A stretch of 64,000 nt of DNA from Marsupella aquatica (GCA_973895155.1 OZ316897.1:19407124-19471123); one strand, 5' to 3'. Shown: positions 1 to 14,090, counted from the first letter of the stretch. Notes: a model not told the origin generated them from the sequence alone. Program-made: numbers and translations.

Positions 1-1411
1 CTAAGAGATTTGGTAATTATAAGTTGCCGTCACACATCGTTTCACAGATCTACATCTAGAACACAACGTGACTGGGTCCTCTATCTGCAACGACAAGGAA
101 TGATCAACCGCATGAGGTCTTCGTTGACCAGCAGATGGATAGACCTATCCATAATTATACCTAGGTGGCTGAGCCTAGCAGTGGATCAGACTCCAGAAGA
201 AGTCTTGCTAAGATATCTAAATCCACTCCATCCATCCGCGCTGTTACGAATAGATCATTAGAGCTCGGTCAAAGGCATGGAGCGCACGAGCCATCTGCGA
301 CGCTGTAGGACTTCTGTGCGAAATTGAGTATATTAGCCGCAAAATACTTGACTTTGCATGAGTTAAAGTCTAGTTTGGAGCAATGGGCCGTTTACCGTTC
401 GCCCGGTTAGCCCGTAATGAGGGATAAAATGTCCCTCTTCCATCACCCTAATAGCCCAATTAAGTGCACCCTATGCATCTTGCTGGTGTCAGATTAGGCA
501 ACTGAATGACTATAATGAAATCTATGGGGGTAGGGTTACAATTTGACATTACTGATCCTCTATTACGATAGTGATCCAAGTGAGTAGCAACCAGATTATC
601 GAATGAGTGACTGTACAATCTCTCTAAAGTTTCCAGTGTCCTTCGATCCAATTCAATACCGGCCCGGGGCTTGATAAATAGTAACAGTTTCATGATTTAT
701 CAAAGTGAAAAGGAACTCCTGTTGACGTGAAGTTCTGTACAGGATGACAATAGAGTTATAAACAAGGAAAGATCGTGAGGTTGTTCTGTCCTGTTATGTT
801 ACAGTTTCGGGATCCTATGTAGCGAATGAGGTACGTACATACTCTAGTAATGAGTTGCTCTGTGTTGGCCAGAGTAGGCACGTTCACAGAACTTCGAATG
901 AATATAAATACTCCTAGTTCAACTATCTTCTCAGTTGTATACCTAACACAGTGATTGTAAGGCCGCGCCTTGACTGAGCGTTGGAGGCCGAGGGTTAGAA
1001 CTCTTGGCAAATAGATCGAAACGTTTTATGAAGGCCTAGTGCCAAGGCTTTGTGTCTGTTAGAGGATACTGTTGGAAGTTAGTAGACACGAAAAACAATT
1101 AATTTCAAACGAAACACGGAAACAGTTTAAGGGGTGTCTGGTCCTTTCCTGTAAAAAGTTTGTATATTCTCCTTTAAATTTAAGGGGTGTCTGGTCTTAT
1201 TCAAAAAGTTGGGAACAGCAAAGAGTGGACTCTCCTCCAGTAAGTTAAAAACTAAATAGTCACCTCTAAAAAATACTTCCGAGTAGCAGGTGACAAGGTG
1301 ACGTCATTACCGAGGAGCAGGTGACAAGGTTGCGTCATATAGCAGATTCATCGGAGTTCACCAACAAGGTTTGAGCCACACAGACAATGATTGGTGTGCC
1401 AAAAGAATTAT

Positions 1412-1497
1412 ACGGGGTGATAGTTAATCGAGCTGCAAGGGACGATAGGTAACAAGGAATGATAGTCCCATGCAGCTCGATTAACTTCACCGTCCGT
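1412..1497. other. Near-perfect inverted repeat / pre-miRNA-like hairpin
   Basis: GGTGA(T)AGTTAATCGAGCTGCA(A)GGGAC (1416-1443) pairs with GTCCC(A)TGCAGCTCGATTAACTTCACC (1465-1491): perfect 16-bp core plus two 5-bp helices and a 21-nt loop. Function not established. Confidence 0.6.
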
Positions 1498-3117
1498 CAT
1501 TTACATGATGCCATGTCATTGATTCCGCTGTTCAGATTTACATGACTCGTCAATGAAGCAGTTTCTCGGGCACTAGTACATATTTTGGCCCTGAAAAGTC
1601 ATATCATTCACTAAGGTGAAGAGCAGAGGCTCGGCATAACATTGGTCAGCACTTTAACTGTTCCCTCAGTGAGTACATGGACTTAACAAGGCTCCGCAAT
1701 CTTATTTTTGGAAGATTTCAATCGGGATCCAGCACTCGATCACAATTCCCTTCAGCATGTTTATGCGCAGCTTCTTTTAGCATTTCGCGTGACAGCTGCG
1801 TAATAAATTGATATGAACTTTTGCGTCTTTGTCGAACGGTGCACATTATTGCAACTCAAATCTGTTTTGGATTGCTGGAAACATATTGGCTAGACTTTCT
1901 GGACTTAATTATTAACAACTTGCAATTCATCTCGGTCCCTGGTCTGGCACTAAAACAGCCACAACCTGCAAGAAAAGCGAGGGTCGATTCACGAGTGATG
2001 GAGAAGCGTTTTACAAGACCAATCATGAATCAAGTAAATTAAGAAATTAAACTACACCCGTGAATGAAGCCCAAGTTTAAAATCTACACGATAGAGAGTT
2101 TGGAGAAATCTACACAATCAGAGGGTGTACATCGAGTCTCTTCACTAGAAGATTTGTAACCAGTCTGTGAGGAGAAGCAACAATGCTCGGTGTGCACATT
2201 TCTGGTTGATAGAATTTGTAGTGGATAACAGTGAGTTTTCCGGATCCAATTGATGCATAACAGCAAAGTTTGCCTGGATATCTGTCTCGATTCGCTCTCA
2301 AGTAATTCAAGGTGCCTGCGTTACAATTACTGAGTATAAGCCAGTCAATCCGACCAAGAGAAGTTTGCTTTGTCCATGACTACATTGGAGGCAAGGTAAT
2401 GTCGAATCCGCAAAGTCTGGGAGGAAAGTCGGAGACCCGTTCAACTGTCTGGGAAGAATCAGTCCAACAAGAAGTCAGACCCAAGTAACTGGGTTTGTTT
2501 CATCTATGTCCGTCCACGTAAGGAACGCTGTTCTCTTTTCGATTCAATTACGTGGCGGGTCAGCTATCGCAGTAACTTGCTTGCAGCAGAACTACGAACT
2601 ATTCCCTCCTCGTAGTGAACCCATCCAGGGCTTTCGTTCAAGCAATTATTGATTATGGAGGCCGTGGGAGGTCCCGATCATGGGTCCTTTGAAAGTAAGT
2701 TTGGACCATGTTAAATCCATGCATGGTTTCACCGACAGAGGGGGCTGGGCAAGTCTTGTACTCGTGCAGAGCTAGACCGGGGCCGCAGAGAACCCATTTG
2801 CATGAGACAACTTGCTGTAGACGTATCCCAAGTCTTCGTCTGGGTTAAACTACAGCGTGAAGTAGAGCAAGTAGCTAGTACACAACAACCAGACACACGG
2901 TAGGTACTAGGTAGATTGCACGAATAGCATCAGGTACCTATTGGCTCAGATTTTAGACGCTTTGTCTCTTGTGAGATGCAACATCGATCAATGTGAACTC
3001 AGAATTTTGAGCAATCTGAAAATCAGCATCTGGCATGGGCACTGTCGGAAGGAATTAAGGACCAAATTAATAGACCAACTGCTCCCATAATCAGGCAGAC
3101 TTCTAAGGCATAATTAA

Positions 3118-3252
3118 ATGGAACTTTAGATTAATAAATAAGGAGTAGAGACAAAGTTAGCATGGCATGTGTCATGTTAGGCATAGTTATATGGAATTCT
3201 AGATTAATCATTAAGGAGTAGAGACAAAGTTAGCATGGCATCTGTCATGTAG
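3118..3252. repeat. Tandem duplication, ~70-bp unit x2
   Basis: ATGGAA(C/T)T..AGATTAAT..TAAGGAGTAGAGACAAAGTTAGCATGGCAT(G/C)TGTCATGT occurs twice in tandem. Confidence 0.85.
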
Positions 3253-4510
3253 CATTGACACACTGACTGGCCTAGTCAAGGGGCCTAATCAGTGTGTGAG
3301 CAGAGTTAAAGCGGTCTACCAAGACCCACAAAACAAGCCTTCTTTGCATGAGATCTAACTCTATAACATCCCGCCATTATTGGGTTTTGTGTTCTTAAAA
3401 ACTTAAAAAAGACTGGATCTGATCGTGGTGATAGTCCATTTAAAAGATTACTTTTATTCACCCTTAGGTGCAAGCAACATTATCACATTGCCCCTCTTAT
3501 TTGACAGTAATTGGTATGGCAGAGGCTAACGTACAGTGTACATGCACAAAGACAAAAGACTTAAATACACCTTCAATAAGGACAAATGTACTTGAAAGTA
3601 TTGAGACATGTTAAAAAAGTGGGGAAAAGAAAAGAATGGGAGAAAGGGGGATAATGTAGTATTTTTATCCCCCCAAAATATTTTTTAAAATATATATATT
3701 TATATTTGTATATATATTGTGCCAAAATAATAAGTATTTCACACATTGAAAGGAGAGGCTTCAGCTTGCCCTTTCCCTTTGCGGGTAAGGGTGGAAAAAA
3801 TGTCAAGTTTATTTTTTCATCTCAAAATCTTTTGCTCTATTTTTTTTCAATTTTTTTTTCTTTGCACACTTTTCTCTCTTCAACATATTTTGCTCACTTC
3901 AATATCTTTTATCACCTGGACATCTTTTATCACCTCGACATCTTTAGTGCAACAGAGGTACATTGGGCTAGTTTTCTCATAACATTCTTTGAAGACATGT
4001 GTGCTATCATCCCAACACAAACTAAGGGTCAAATTTTGAGGGGTTATTATTGCCCTGCTAACAAGGATTTAAAACACTATTATCCTTCAACTATTTTTCA
4101 CTCTTGGTGTTTTCTTTTAATTCTGTTTCTCCTCTCTTCACACTACAAACCCAGATTTCATGCTAATTTATTTGACTTGTGTCTTTTCTTTACATCTGAA
4201 ATTATTATCCAAATTTCATTATTATCCAAATTTCATGCAAGAGCCAAATTTCATGCAAGAGACAATTAGAAGACAAATCTCAAACTCTTGCATTGCTAGC
4301 TTGGGATGCGCGTTCTGTTCCATGAAGTACAGAAATATAGAAAAAAATCTTGAATGTCTCTCATGAACGTTCTGAATTTAAATAATCAGCTTGAAATTTG
4401 TAACTTTTTATGACTGTGGACCAGGTCTGAGCTGAGTCAACACCAGTCTGAATGTCGGTTGGAGCCACCCAGACAACTCCTTCCCGCTTCGATGGAGTCA
4501 TTCCAATCAC

Positions 4511-4522
4511 CTATATAATAAA
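4511..4522 (+). promoter_or_regulatory. Candidate TATA box of the secreted PAN-like gene
   Basis: CTATATAATAAA about 210 bp upstream of ATG 4722, followed by a pyrimidine-rich leader. Confidence 0.55.
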
Positions 4523-4721
4523 GTGAGCTCAGAGTTAGCATTCACTCTCAGTGACGTGCACCACTCTTGAGACTTTCAAACTGTATCTCAATTCACAGCA
4601 TTTCATCATCAAATCATCTCTTGATCATTTGCGTAGTCACGTACTTCGACAATCTTTTCTTAGGTACTTTTCCCATCTGCTGTCTTTCATCTCTTCACAT
4701 CGCTCGCCAACGTACATCAAA

Positions 4722-5282
4722 ATGAATTTCTCATCAGCATTCGTCCTGGTGGTCATCTGCTTCATCGGCATCTCGACCCGCGTCCCTCAGGCTCTCGGCG
4801 ACTACTCTGATCATGAGCAGCCCCGCATTTGCCCGCATCTCAAAGTTGCCGACTATGGCTGTATCCGCTATGTCAGGGGCTTCGACATCACCGGCGTCGT
4901 CACCGAAGTAGACATCACCTTCCCCACCGTGCAGAGCGTATGCGACTGCATCCAGCAATGCCTCAACTGCCCCACCACCTGCGCATCGTGGGTCTACAAG
5001 TTCTCGACCCCCGCCTCGGTTCAGTCTGGCCACCGCACCTGCACCCTATACAGCCAGTTCAATCTCCCGTCCCAGGTCCAGATCGAGATCGACCTCGACG
5101 ACGTCGACAGCAACTTGAACAAAAATATCAATGCGGCGACGCTTGTGGCCAATGGCAATAATCCCCAGGCGGGCGCTCCTGTGCCGCAGACCTTCAAGGA
5201 TGCGAATCTGAACACTGTGGCTGATAATGATGCTGTCTCGGGCCCGGTCTGGCAGCTCGCTAATGGCAAGGTTCTCTGCTGA
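4722..5282 (+). CDS. Secreted cysteine-rich PAN/Apple-like protein, 186 aa, intronless
   Basis: ATG at 4722 (AAAATGA) starts a hydrophobic signal peptide MNFSSAFVLVVICFIGISTRVPQALG. The following GFDITG...CDCIQQCLNCPTTCASWVY...TCTLY fits the PAN/Apple pattern GxD-x-CxxxC-x-CxxWxY-x-CxL. Codons mostly end in C/G. The track's GTG start at 4551 is probably UTR. Confidence 0.8.
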   Translation: MNFSSAFVLVVICFIGISTRVPQALGDYSDHEQPRICPHLKVADYGCIRYVRGFDITGVVTEVDITFPTVQSVCDCIQQCLNCPTTCASWVYKFSTPASVQSGHRTCTLYSQFNLPSQVQIEIDLDDVDSNLNKNINAATLVANGNNPQAGAPVPQTFKDANLNTVADNDAVSGPVWQLANGKVLC

Positions 5283-5844
5283 GCGTAGTATCCAGCCTTT
5301 CGATCTTGGGGATACAGAGATCTCCAAGGCGGCCAAATAAGATGGGATGGGAGACGGTGATCATTTCAAGTTATACATCGCAATATATATTTAGTCTGGT
5401 TTGGATTTGTGTTCCACGTTCTTCCTATTATAAGTTGGACGTTCGCTATCAGCGCCGATTGTGTGTTAACCTTTTCAGGTCTGTGTGGCCTTAACCGAGG
5501 ACTTATATAATAGAGCTGTGAGCAATTTGTAACACGAGTTTTGCGTTCCGATTGTGGAGCTGCAATTTTAAATAAAGGCGTCACTCTGTGCTTAAGGCTC
5601 ATCGGAACCTGTCAAAAGCTTTCGTTTTCAGGAAGTCCAGCTTTATAATTTCAACATAAAGAACGATTGCCACGCATGCCATGCTCGAAATATAGAGAGA
5701 CGAACAGTACGTGAGAAATTCAAAAAGTTGATGAGCGAAGAGTGTAATTTCTTTGAAGACACCCGGCAATTCACTCTGAACCCTATCTTCCTTTCTCCTG
5801 TGCTTGGACAAACTCGGCAATGGTCCAGGACACTAAGTACGTTG

Positions 5845-5946
5845 TTAACGTTTTGATAGCTAGGATCATGTGGGACCAAGGAACCGAGAAAGGCGTTAAA
5901 CGTTTTGATAGCTAGGATCATGTGGGACCAAGGAACCGAGAAGGCG
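5845..5946. repeat. Tandem duplication, ~51-bp unit x2
   Basis: AACGTTTTGATAGCTAGGATCATGTGGGACCAAGGAACCGAGAA(A)GGCG repeated almost exactly. Confidence 0.9.
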
Positions 5947-7115
5947 TACTTATCAGCTCCAATGTCGATCGTTGAAGCCCGTTTTTAAGTTCGGCGTGCA
6001 CGTGAATTAACAATCCGGCTCCTTTCTATCTTCTTAGTTGACCCTCGTTGGGACATTCTATGAGCTCAAATGGTCTCATTTTCCTTCCAATCGTTCGAGT
6101 AATTGATTATGAATGACAAAGCTCGGATTGACTCGGTGGATGCAGTTCAGAGGCTGAAAATAGGAGACTTGAATGGATTTGACCTGATGTGAAACCTTCG
6201 GACTCCGTATATTGGCCGATAAAGTGACACTGTGCCAGCATTACATGACGAGCCTTCATCATCTAGCTCGGAGACATGGTGGATGGCCAAGATCGCTGCC
6301 TCTGGCTGAGCAGCATCAGCAGAACAGTCTGCCGTTCAAGTAGAAGAACGCAATATCAAGTGATACGGCTACGAATAACGACAGGAGGAGGATTTCGGAT
6401 GCTGCTGCTGAGTGCTCGACTGTCGTTAAGAATAAAGCGCTACAAACTTTCGGTGACGAAGGATAAGTGACGTGATCGTATCGCAGCACAGTCAGCAATG
6501 CTGTACAGAAACACTGGTCATTTACTCGAGCAAATTTCTGTAGGCTCGCAGATTCCCGTGCACTAAGAGTCCAATTCCGCAAGTACTGTATGTAGATCAT
6601 GACTTCCACTGCAGCTCCTCTGGACCATATCTCTGAGGTAAGGCAAACTGCATGCCTGAGTCTCATTATTGCGCCATTGCTAGTTTCGACACTTTTTCAC
6701 AGCCGTGGGATGGGACAGACACTTCAAAACATGAGCTCTGCACTGGCTGCCTGTGTACATGGTCCCTCCTCTGCTTTGGATCAATTTGTCCCGCTGTCTG
6801 AAACTGCTAGGTCACTTTCATTGGCCTCGGAAACCTCTACTCTACAATGAGTAGAAGAACCTCTAGCTGCAGGCTGAGGGGCATTACTCGGAAAAGGTTC
6901 TGGCAGCTTTCAGAAGCTTTTTTTCTAATCCAGTATGTCACGGTAACTTGAGCTTCTTTTCAAGTTTTGGAGCTATAGGTTCTATAATTTCTTTTCCACT
7001 CGCCACCGAAGACTAGCAGGCGAGTTGATGGTATAGAGTGATGCGTGGGAAGGTGCGTGAGCAAACTGTGAATCCTATAGAAGAACGTTAGTCAGGGCGT
7101 CGTGCATCTGTCGGA

Positions 7116-7117
<2 letters not shown>

Positions 7118-7190
<73 letters not shown>
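7118..7190. repeat. (AG)n microsatellite, ~36 units
   Basis: Uninterrupted AG dinucleotide run. Confidence 0.98.
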
Positions 7191-7194
<4 letters not shown>

Positions 7195-9467
7195 TTGGTG
7201 CAGTTGTCGCTTTGTCGACGTACTTAATCAACATTCAGCTGTTACCATGAAGGAGCACTAAGACTGTGTCAGTGAGGGATGTCGAAGACTACAGATACAT
7301 AATAATGAGTTTCGGAGAAGTTTTACCTTCATAAAAATGCACATTATTATGTGCTGTTATCGTGAAGTTTCTAAACACCTACTGTAAAATTTGAACGTTT
7401 TTGATGAGCAAATTTCCGCTTCAATTTCTCCCTTGATATGAGACACAACTGGCTGCTCCTGCCTTAGTTAGAAGCCAGTTGTAAAGATCTTTCATGCTAA
7501 TTTAATATGGCAAACTCTCATTATGAATTGAGAGAGCTAGCTATGGATTCAAAGATTACTTGTCGCCTCGCTGCACATTCTTCGACCCTTTTCCAAAAAT
7601 GTTTTGTTTCTCCCTTGATATGCAGCGGAAATGGCTCTTGTTTGCCTTGTTAAAAGCTACTTAGAAAAATCTTTACAACGAATCTAATATGTCCAGGTTT
7701 TATTGAGAATTCAATGAGCTACGAATTTCCACAACTAATCTAATATGTCGTTTCATGTAGGCTGTTTGGGATATCACCTGTCAAGAAATTACCTTCTAAG
7801 AAATCACTGAATCCTCGAGCTTTGACTCCATTTCTTGAAGGACTCGTACAGGACTGTGCTCTGCGATTCTCGCTCCTCTCAGTCCTCACATCGTTTTTAA
7901 CAGATGAAGGGGAATCAGGAATGACCGTAGCAGCGGCCATGTTGCCAATAACTGAACTTGCTTCTTTAGCTTGAAAGGAATTGTGCAAAATGTCAGTGAT
8001 GCTTGGAATGCAAAGTCTTTAGCTCTGTCCCGTTGAAAATAAGAACACACTGGGCCACAAGAACAAGACTCGCAATGTCTGTTCAATTGGGCCACAAGAA
8101 CAAGATTTGCAATGTTTGTTCAAACAGTGCCGAAGAACCCGGCCACAATACGTGAATGTCGCATAGAGTAAATGTCAACTTTGATGGAGTGAAAAAACTT
8201 ATCAGATGTTAAGTTCCATGCTTTTTGGCACTTAACTTTCTGGTTCAGTACTCACCCAACACCCGAGTCTAACTAACAATGGTTAATGACTTTAACTATC
8301 AATTTTAACTACTCCTGCCAATTGACCCTAAACCCTGCGCCAGTTATCGTTTCCTTTTAACAGGATCAGTTAAAAACTTGATGATAGGTGGGAACCCAGC
8401 CTAATCTCGCCATAGTCAAAGCTAAATGTGTGTACCTAGGAGAGTTGTGCACAATGTCCTGGGTTTAAAAATAAATAAATTTGAGGGGAAATATGTGAAG
8501 CCTCACATAAAGGGAGGAGTCAGTCACAATAGTTGAACCCAAGACCTATCAATCTCTATTCAAGTGAGCTACCACAAAGTCATGCCTCTTTGGGCTGTCC
8601 TGTGGTTTTTTCTAGACATGCAATGCCTAATAAAGTGTATCACATAGAATTGCATATATATTACATGTTTGATAGCCCAAATGAATGCTAGTGCATTTAA
8701 TGAGGCCACATCATTGTTGGTGCAGACCATGTACCAGTGCATTGCACAAAAATGTTGACATGAGATGAATTGCAGTGGGGACTGTCTATTGTTGTTGGGA
8801 CTATGCAATTGTTGTGATCATTAGTTGTGAGTTGCAGTGAATGTCAAGGTGAGGTAAAACAATTCAAGTGAGATAAACTAAGATTCAAGTGTTGTTATTA
8901 TGACTGGGGCATTGGGTCATCTGTTTAGCATTCATGTTCCTACTGAGGTGCAAAGGTCTGATCATTTGGACTAGGTAATTGTTTTTGTGAAAATGTTATC
9001 ATGTTGGTCAGTGTTGTTGTGGAGTGTTGATGTTGTTGGGAAGGGTAAGAGTGAGGGTGGGGGGATGCAAGACGGGTGATGGTGACCACAACGTCAAAGA
9101 CTCCAGGAGTTTTTAATTTGTTAATTTTCTATGTATACATGTATTTTTATATTCAAGTATATATGTTTTACATATATTCAAAGTTTTTCCTTCTAATTGT
9201 TCAATTATTATTTTAAAACTAAAATTTGATTTGATTTACTTTGCTTTTGTTTTCTCATGGGCAGGTGCGGGCAGGTGCAGGGCAGGTTGCACACAACGTT
9301 GCATAATATTCTATTTATATTTATTTTCCAATTTCTTTAATTTAAATTTAAATAAATTCAATATAAATAAATTCAATATAAATAAATTTAGTTATTTTTT
9401 GAGGCAAGCTAAAGGGAACCTTGGGCAGGAATTTATTTTAAATGGTAGTCATGGGCATCAAGGGCAG

Positions 9468-9925
9468 CCGTAACAGCCGGGGTCAGGAGGGCAGCCGTAC
9501 CCAGGAAGGAAGGGCAGTAATGGGCTAGGCAGGACATGCATAGGCTCTGGAGAGAGGCTCTTTTCCCAATCCAACAATGTGAAAAAAATGGCTAGGCAGG
9601 GCATGCAAGGGCTCCAGAGAGGAGGCTCTTTTCCCAATCCAACAATGTGAGAAAATGGACGGAAGGGCCTCTTTTCCCAATCCAACAGTGTGAAAAAAAT
9701 TGCTAGGCAGGGCATGCAAGGGCTCCAGGGAGGAGGCTCTTTTCCCAATCCAACAGTGTGAGAAAATGGAGGGAACGGCAACAGCGGGCTAGGCATGGAA
9801 TGCAAGGGTTCTGTAGAGAGGCTCTTTTCCCAATCCAACAACGTTAAAAAAAAATAACTAGGCAGGGCATGCAAGGGTTCAAGAGAGAGGCTTTTTTTCC
9901 CAATCCAACAGTGTGAAAAAAATGG
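9468..9925. repeat. Minisatellite array A (~58-bp unit), part of a repeat family
   Basis: Unit GGCTAGGCAGGGCATGCAAGGGCTCCAGAGAGGAGGCTCTTTTCCCAATCCAACAGTGTGAAAAAAAT repeated ~6-7 times with variation, preceded by CAGCCGGGGTCAGGAGGGCAGCCGTA. Confidence 0.9.
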
Positions 9926-10687
9926 ACAGGGTGTGGGTGGATCTGATGATGCCAAAATATCAGGTTAATATATGAAGGGCCAGGATTGCATCTCACCATA
10001 ATTAAAATTTTCCCATTTTGTGACCCTTGAGCAATCTATTAACCAGTGACAACTTTGTCCTTCTATCAGGTTCCCGCTTCACCAAGTACCCATTGCATCC
10101 TGTAGTTTTCTTATCGACATCCTTATATGCACAGTCAGCCGAGTTAGATAAGTTTTGAAACACACTCCTTTCCTTATTTTCACTGCAATTATGACTGCAT
10201 GTATGTATGTTCTACAAGTTATTGATGACAAAATCCAGCAGGGTTTGAAATACCCCCCCAGCTATGTTCCAATACTCTCCCATGGAAGTTGTAAACCTTA
10301 CTCCTCATTGTGGACAAAATTCTGGGATTTGTATCATTTACTGATCTCCAAATGTTGAGAGAACTTTGATCACTCATGGTCTTACAAGGATAGGTTTGCA
10401 ACATCACCTCATTTTTACTACTTACTAGTTCAATATAGTCCCAATGTGGAACAAGATCCTATTGTCAATGGAAGGGGAGAGGCAGGGGAAGTTGAGAGGG
10501 TTTGAAGGAGACTTAAGCAGCAAGTTTGATTCACATGGAGGACTGTTAATGGACAAGATGGACTGCTAGTAAGAAAAATTTTTGACAAAGAAAATTGTTG
10601 CATGACAAAAAGTGTTTTACACTTAGTCAAGGGAGAGACTTTAGAGTTTCATATGCCACTTGCCCAATGCCTAATTACGGATCCCAC

Positions 10688-11070
10688 AAAAGATGTTGAG
10701 GTGAGGAAAAGATATCGAGGTGAAAAAAGATATCAATGAGAGAAAAAGATGTCGAGGTGAGAAAAAATGTAAAGATGAGAAAAAGATGTTGAGGAGAGAA
10801 AGGATGTCGTGGTGAGATAAAGATGTTAAGGTGAGAAAAACATGACAAGATGAGAAAACAAAGATGTTGAGATGAGAAATGATGTTAAGGTGAAGAAAGC
10901 ATATCAAGGTGAGAAAAGATCTTGAGGAGAGAAAAAGGTGTCAAAGAACAAAAAAGATGTCAAGTGAGAAAAACATGTTGTGGTGAGGTAAAGATATCAA
11001 TGTGAGAAAAATATGTCAAGGTAAGGAAAAGATGTTGAGGAAAGACAAATATGTAAAGATTAGAAAAATC
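10688..11070. repeat. Degenerate ~20-bp minisatellite (AAAGATGTTGAGGTGAGAAA)
   Basis: About 18 degenerate copies. Reverse-complement copies of the same unit at ~3860-3945 and ~63200-63470. Confidence 0.85.
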
Positions 11071-11327
11071 TATGAAGGCAAGAAAAGATACCAAGGCGAA
11101 ACAAAAAAAATACAAGCTTTGCTATATAGTTAACTTGAGGGATGTAATGTCTGATCTCGACCATACAGTTGTTGTGGTCGTTGCATATAGAAATGGAGAT
11201 AGCGGCCACCGCATCATCTAATCCAAGCATAACCGAGTGATAGGAAAATGGTGTTTTTTTCAATTTTAAATTCAAAGAGAGAGACATTATTTTTATATCT
11301 TTCCAATTTCTTTAATTTAAATTCTCC

Positions 11328-11745
11328 AGAGCCGGGGTCAGGAGGGCAGCCGTACGCAGGACGGAAGGGCAGCAGTGGGCTAGGCAGGGCATGCAAGGGC
11401 TCTGGAGAGAGGCTCTTTTCCCAATCCAACAGTGAAAAAAATGGTTAGGTAGGGCATGCAAGGACTCCAGAGAGGAGGCTCTTTCCCCAATCCAACAGTG
11501 AAAAAAATGGTTAGGTAGGGCATGCAAGGACTCCAGAGAGGAGGCTCTTTCCCCAATCCAACAGTGTGAAGGGCTCTAGAGAGAGACTTTTTTCCCAATC
11601 CAACAGTGAAAAAAATGGCTAGGCAGAGAATGCAAGGGCTCTGTAGAGAGGCTCTTTTCCCAATCCAACAATGTTAAAAAAAATGACTGGGCATGCAAGG
11701 GCTCAAGAGTGTATTTTTTCCAATCCAACAGTGTGAAGAAAAAAT
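11328..11745. repeat. Minisatellite array B (same ~58-bp unit as array A)
   Basis: Same unit and same GGGGTCAGGAGGGCAGCCGTA leader as 9468-9925, direct orientation. Both arrays have an upstream TTCCAATTTCTTTAATTTAAATT. Confidence 0.9.
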
Positions 11746-12916
11746 GGCAGGTTCTAACTTCCTAAGATGGTTCCCACCACACTTTGCATTTTGTAAAATG
11801 GCTAAACCAGGAAAAAAGGCACCATTGAGTATTAGTTGTAGATAGAGATCATTATCACATTTAGATAGACCTGTGCGCAAAGGTGAAGAGCTTGCCTGGA
11901 GAGGCCATGAAGAATGTAGTGTCACTTTGCAAAAGGTTCTTTAAGAACTATCGGGCACACTTTCTAAATCGGGGTCTGATACCTGTTTTTCTAGAAGGTT
12001 GCACAAGAAGAACAAGAAAGTATAAAGAGTTTGTCTGGAATGAAACCGTTCTGAGAGTTTTATTGTACCTACAAAGGCCTGAAGTGCTAAAAGGCTGGAC
12101 GTTCACAAACCCTTCTTTAAGAGTTCCACCCAGCCATGGTCGTCATCAGTCTGTGCTTGAGTTCATCTCCCTTCGTGTGACGAGTTTTAAGTGTCCTTCC
12201 AAAGTCGTAAGCAGTCCTATGTTCTACATTGTGGAGCTCTAAAACTTGACAGTTCCATGGAGGAGCTCCATATACCACTCTGAACCTCAAGAAGGCTGCT
12301 TTTCGCAAACATCGAGATACGACTTCATGGATTCCCAAAGAGACTTTACTCATTAGAGTCCAGAATTATGTCAAATGTACAAAAGCATGGATTTTCAAGA
12401 CGATCACGACGAGTGAGTGTGCAGCAGCGATATCCAGAGCATCAACCAAGAGATTCAACCTTACAAGAACAACAAATTTGACTAAAGGTAGGGGATAATT
12501 TCCCACGGAAAGAATTTGAGTGCGAATAGGAAGGTCAGCTACCGCCGAGAAGACAAACAGCACTTCAAGACATCAGGTGTTGCATAATAGCTCGCCTGGA
12601 GAGAAAGATCCAGAAACCAGCGAAGTGACAGCCGACAAATGTACAATCCTCGCTCAACAGATTTTGTGCAAGCGTAAACGAATTGCAAGAAGACTAGACG
12701 CGAAATCAGTTGATCGAGCCCTCACAACTCTCAACACATATGATAAAATTGTGCTATGCTTCGATGTGTAAAACATGAAATCCGCCCAGTCACCAATGAA
12801 AAAGAATTACTGAATATTTCTCATTATATCCTTCATTGTAAACTCTAGTCATTTTGCACAGCAGTGCTCAGGTCGTGCCAACTTTCACAAAATTCCCTGT
12901 AGAAGGGTGTTACTCT

Positions 12917-14090
<1,174 letters not shown>

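Noticed and set aside
1-3100. Possible retroelement coding remnants in the first 3 kb
   Set aside because: Local direct repeats (e.g. TTTAAGGGGTGTCTGGTC at 1126 and 1180) suggest TE origin, but I found no gag, RT, integrase, PBS or LTR end to support a call.
3706-4269. 187-aa Phe-rich ORF
   Set aside because: Arises from T-rich low-complexity sequence and the 20-bp repeat; non-ATG start; no motif.
9458-9955. 165-aa ORF and similar ORFs at 11214-11598
   Set aside because: Translations of the 58-bp tandem repeat; no domain or coding signature.
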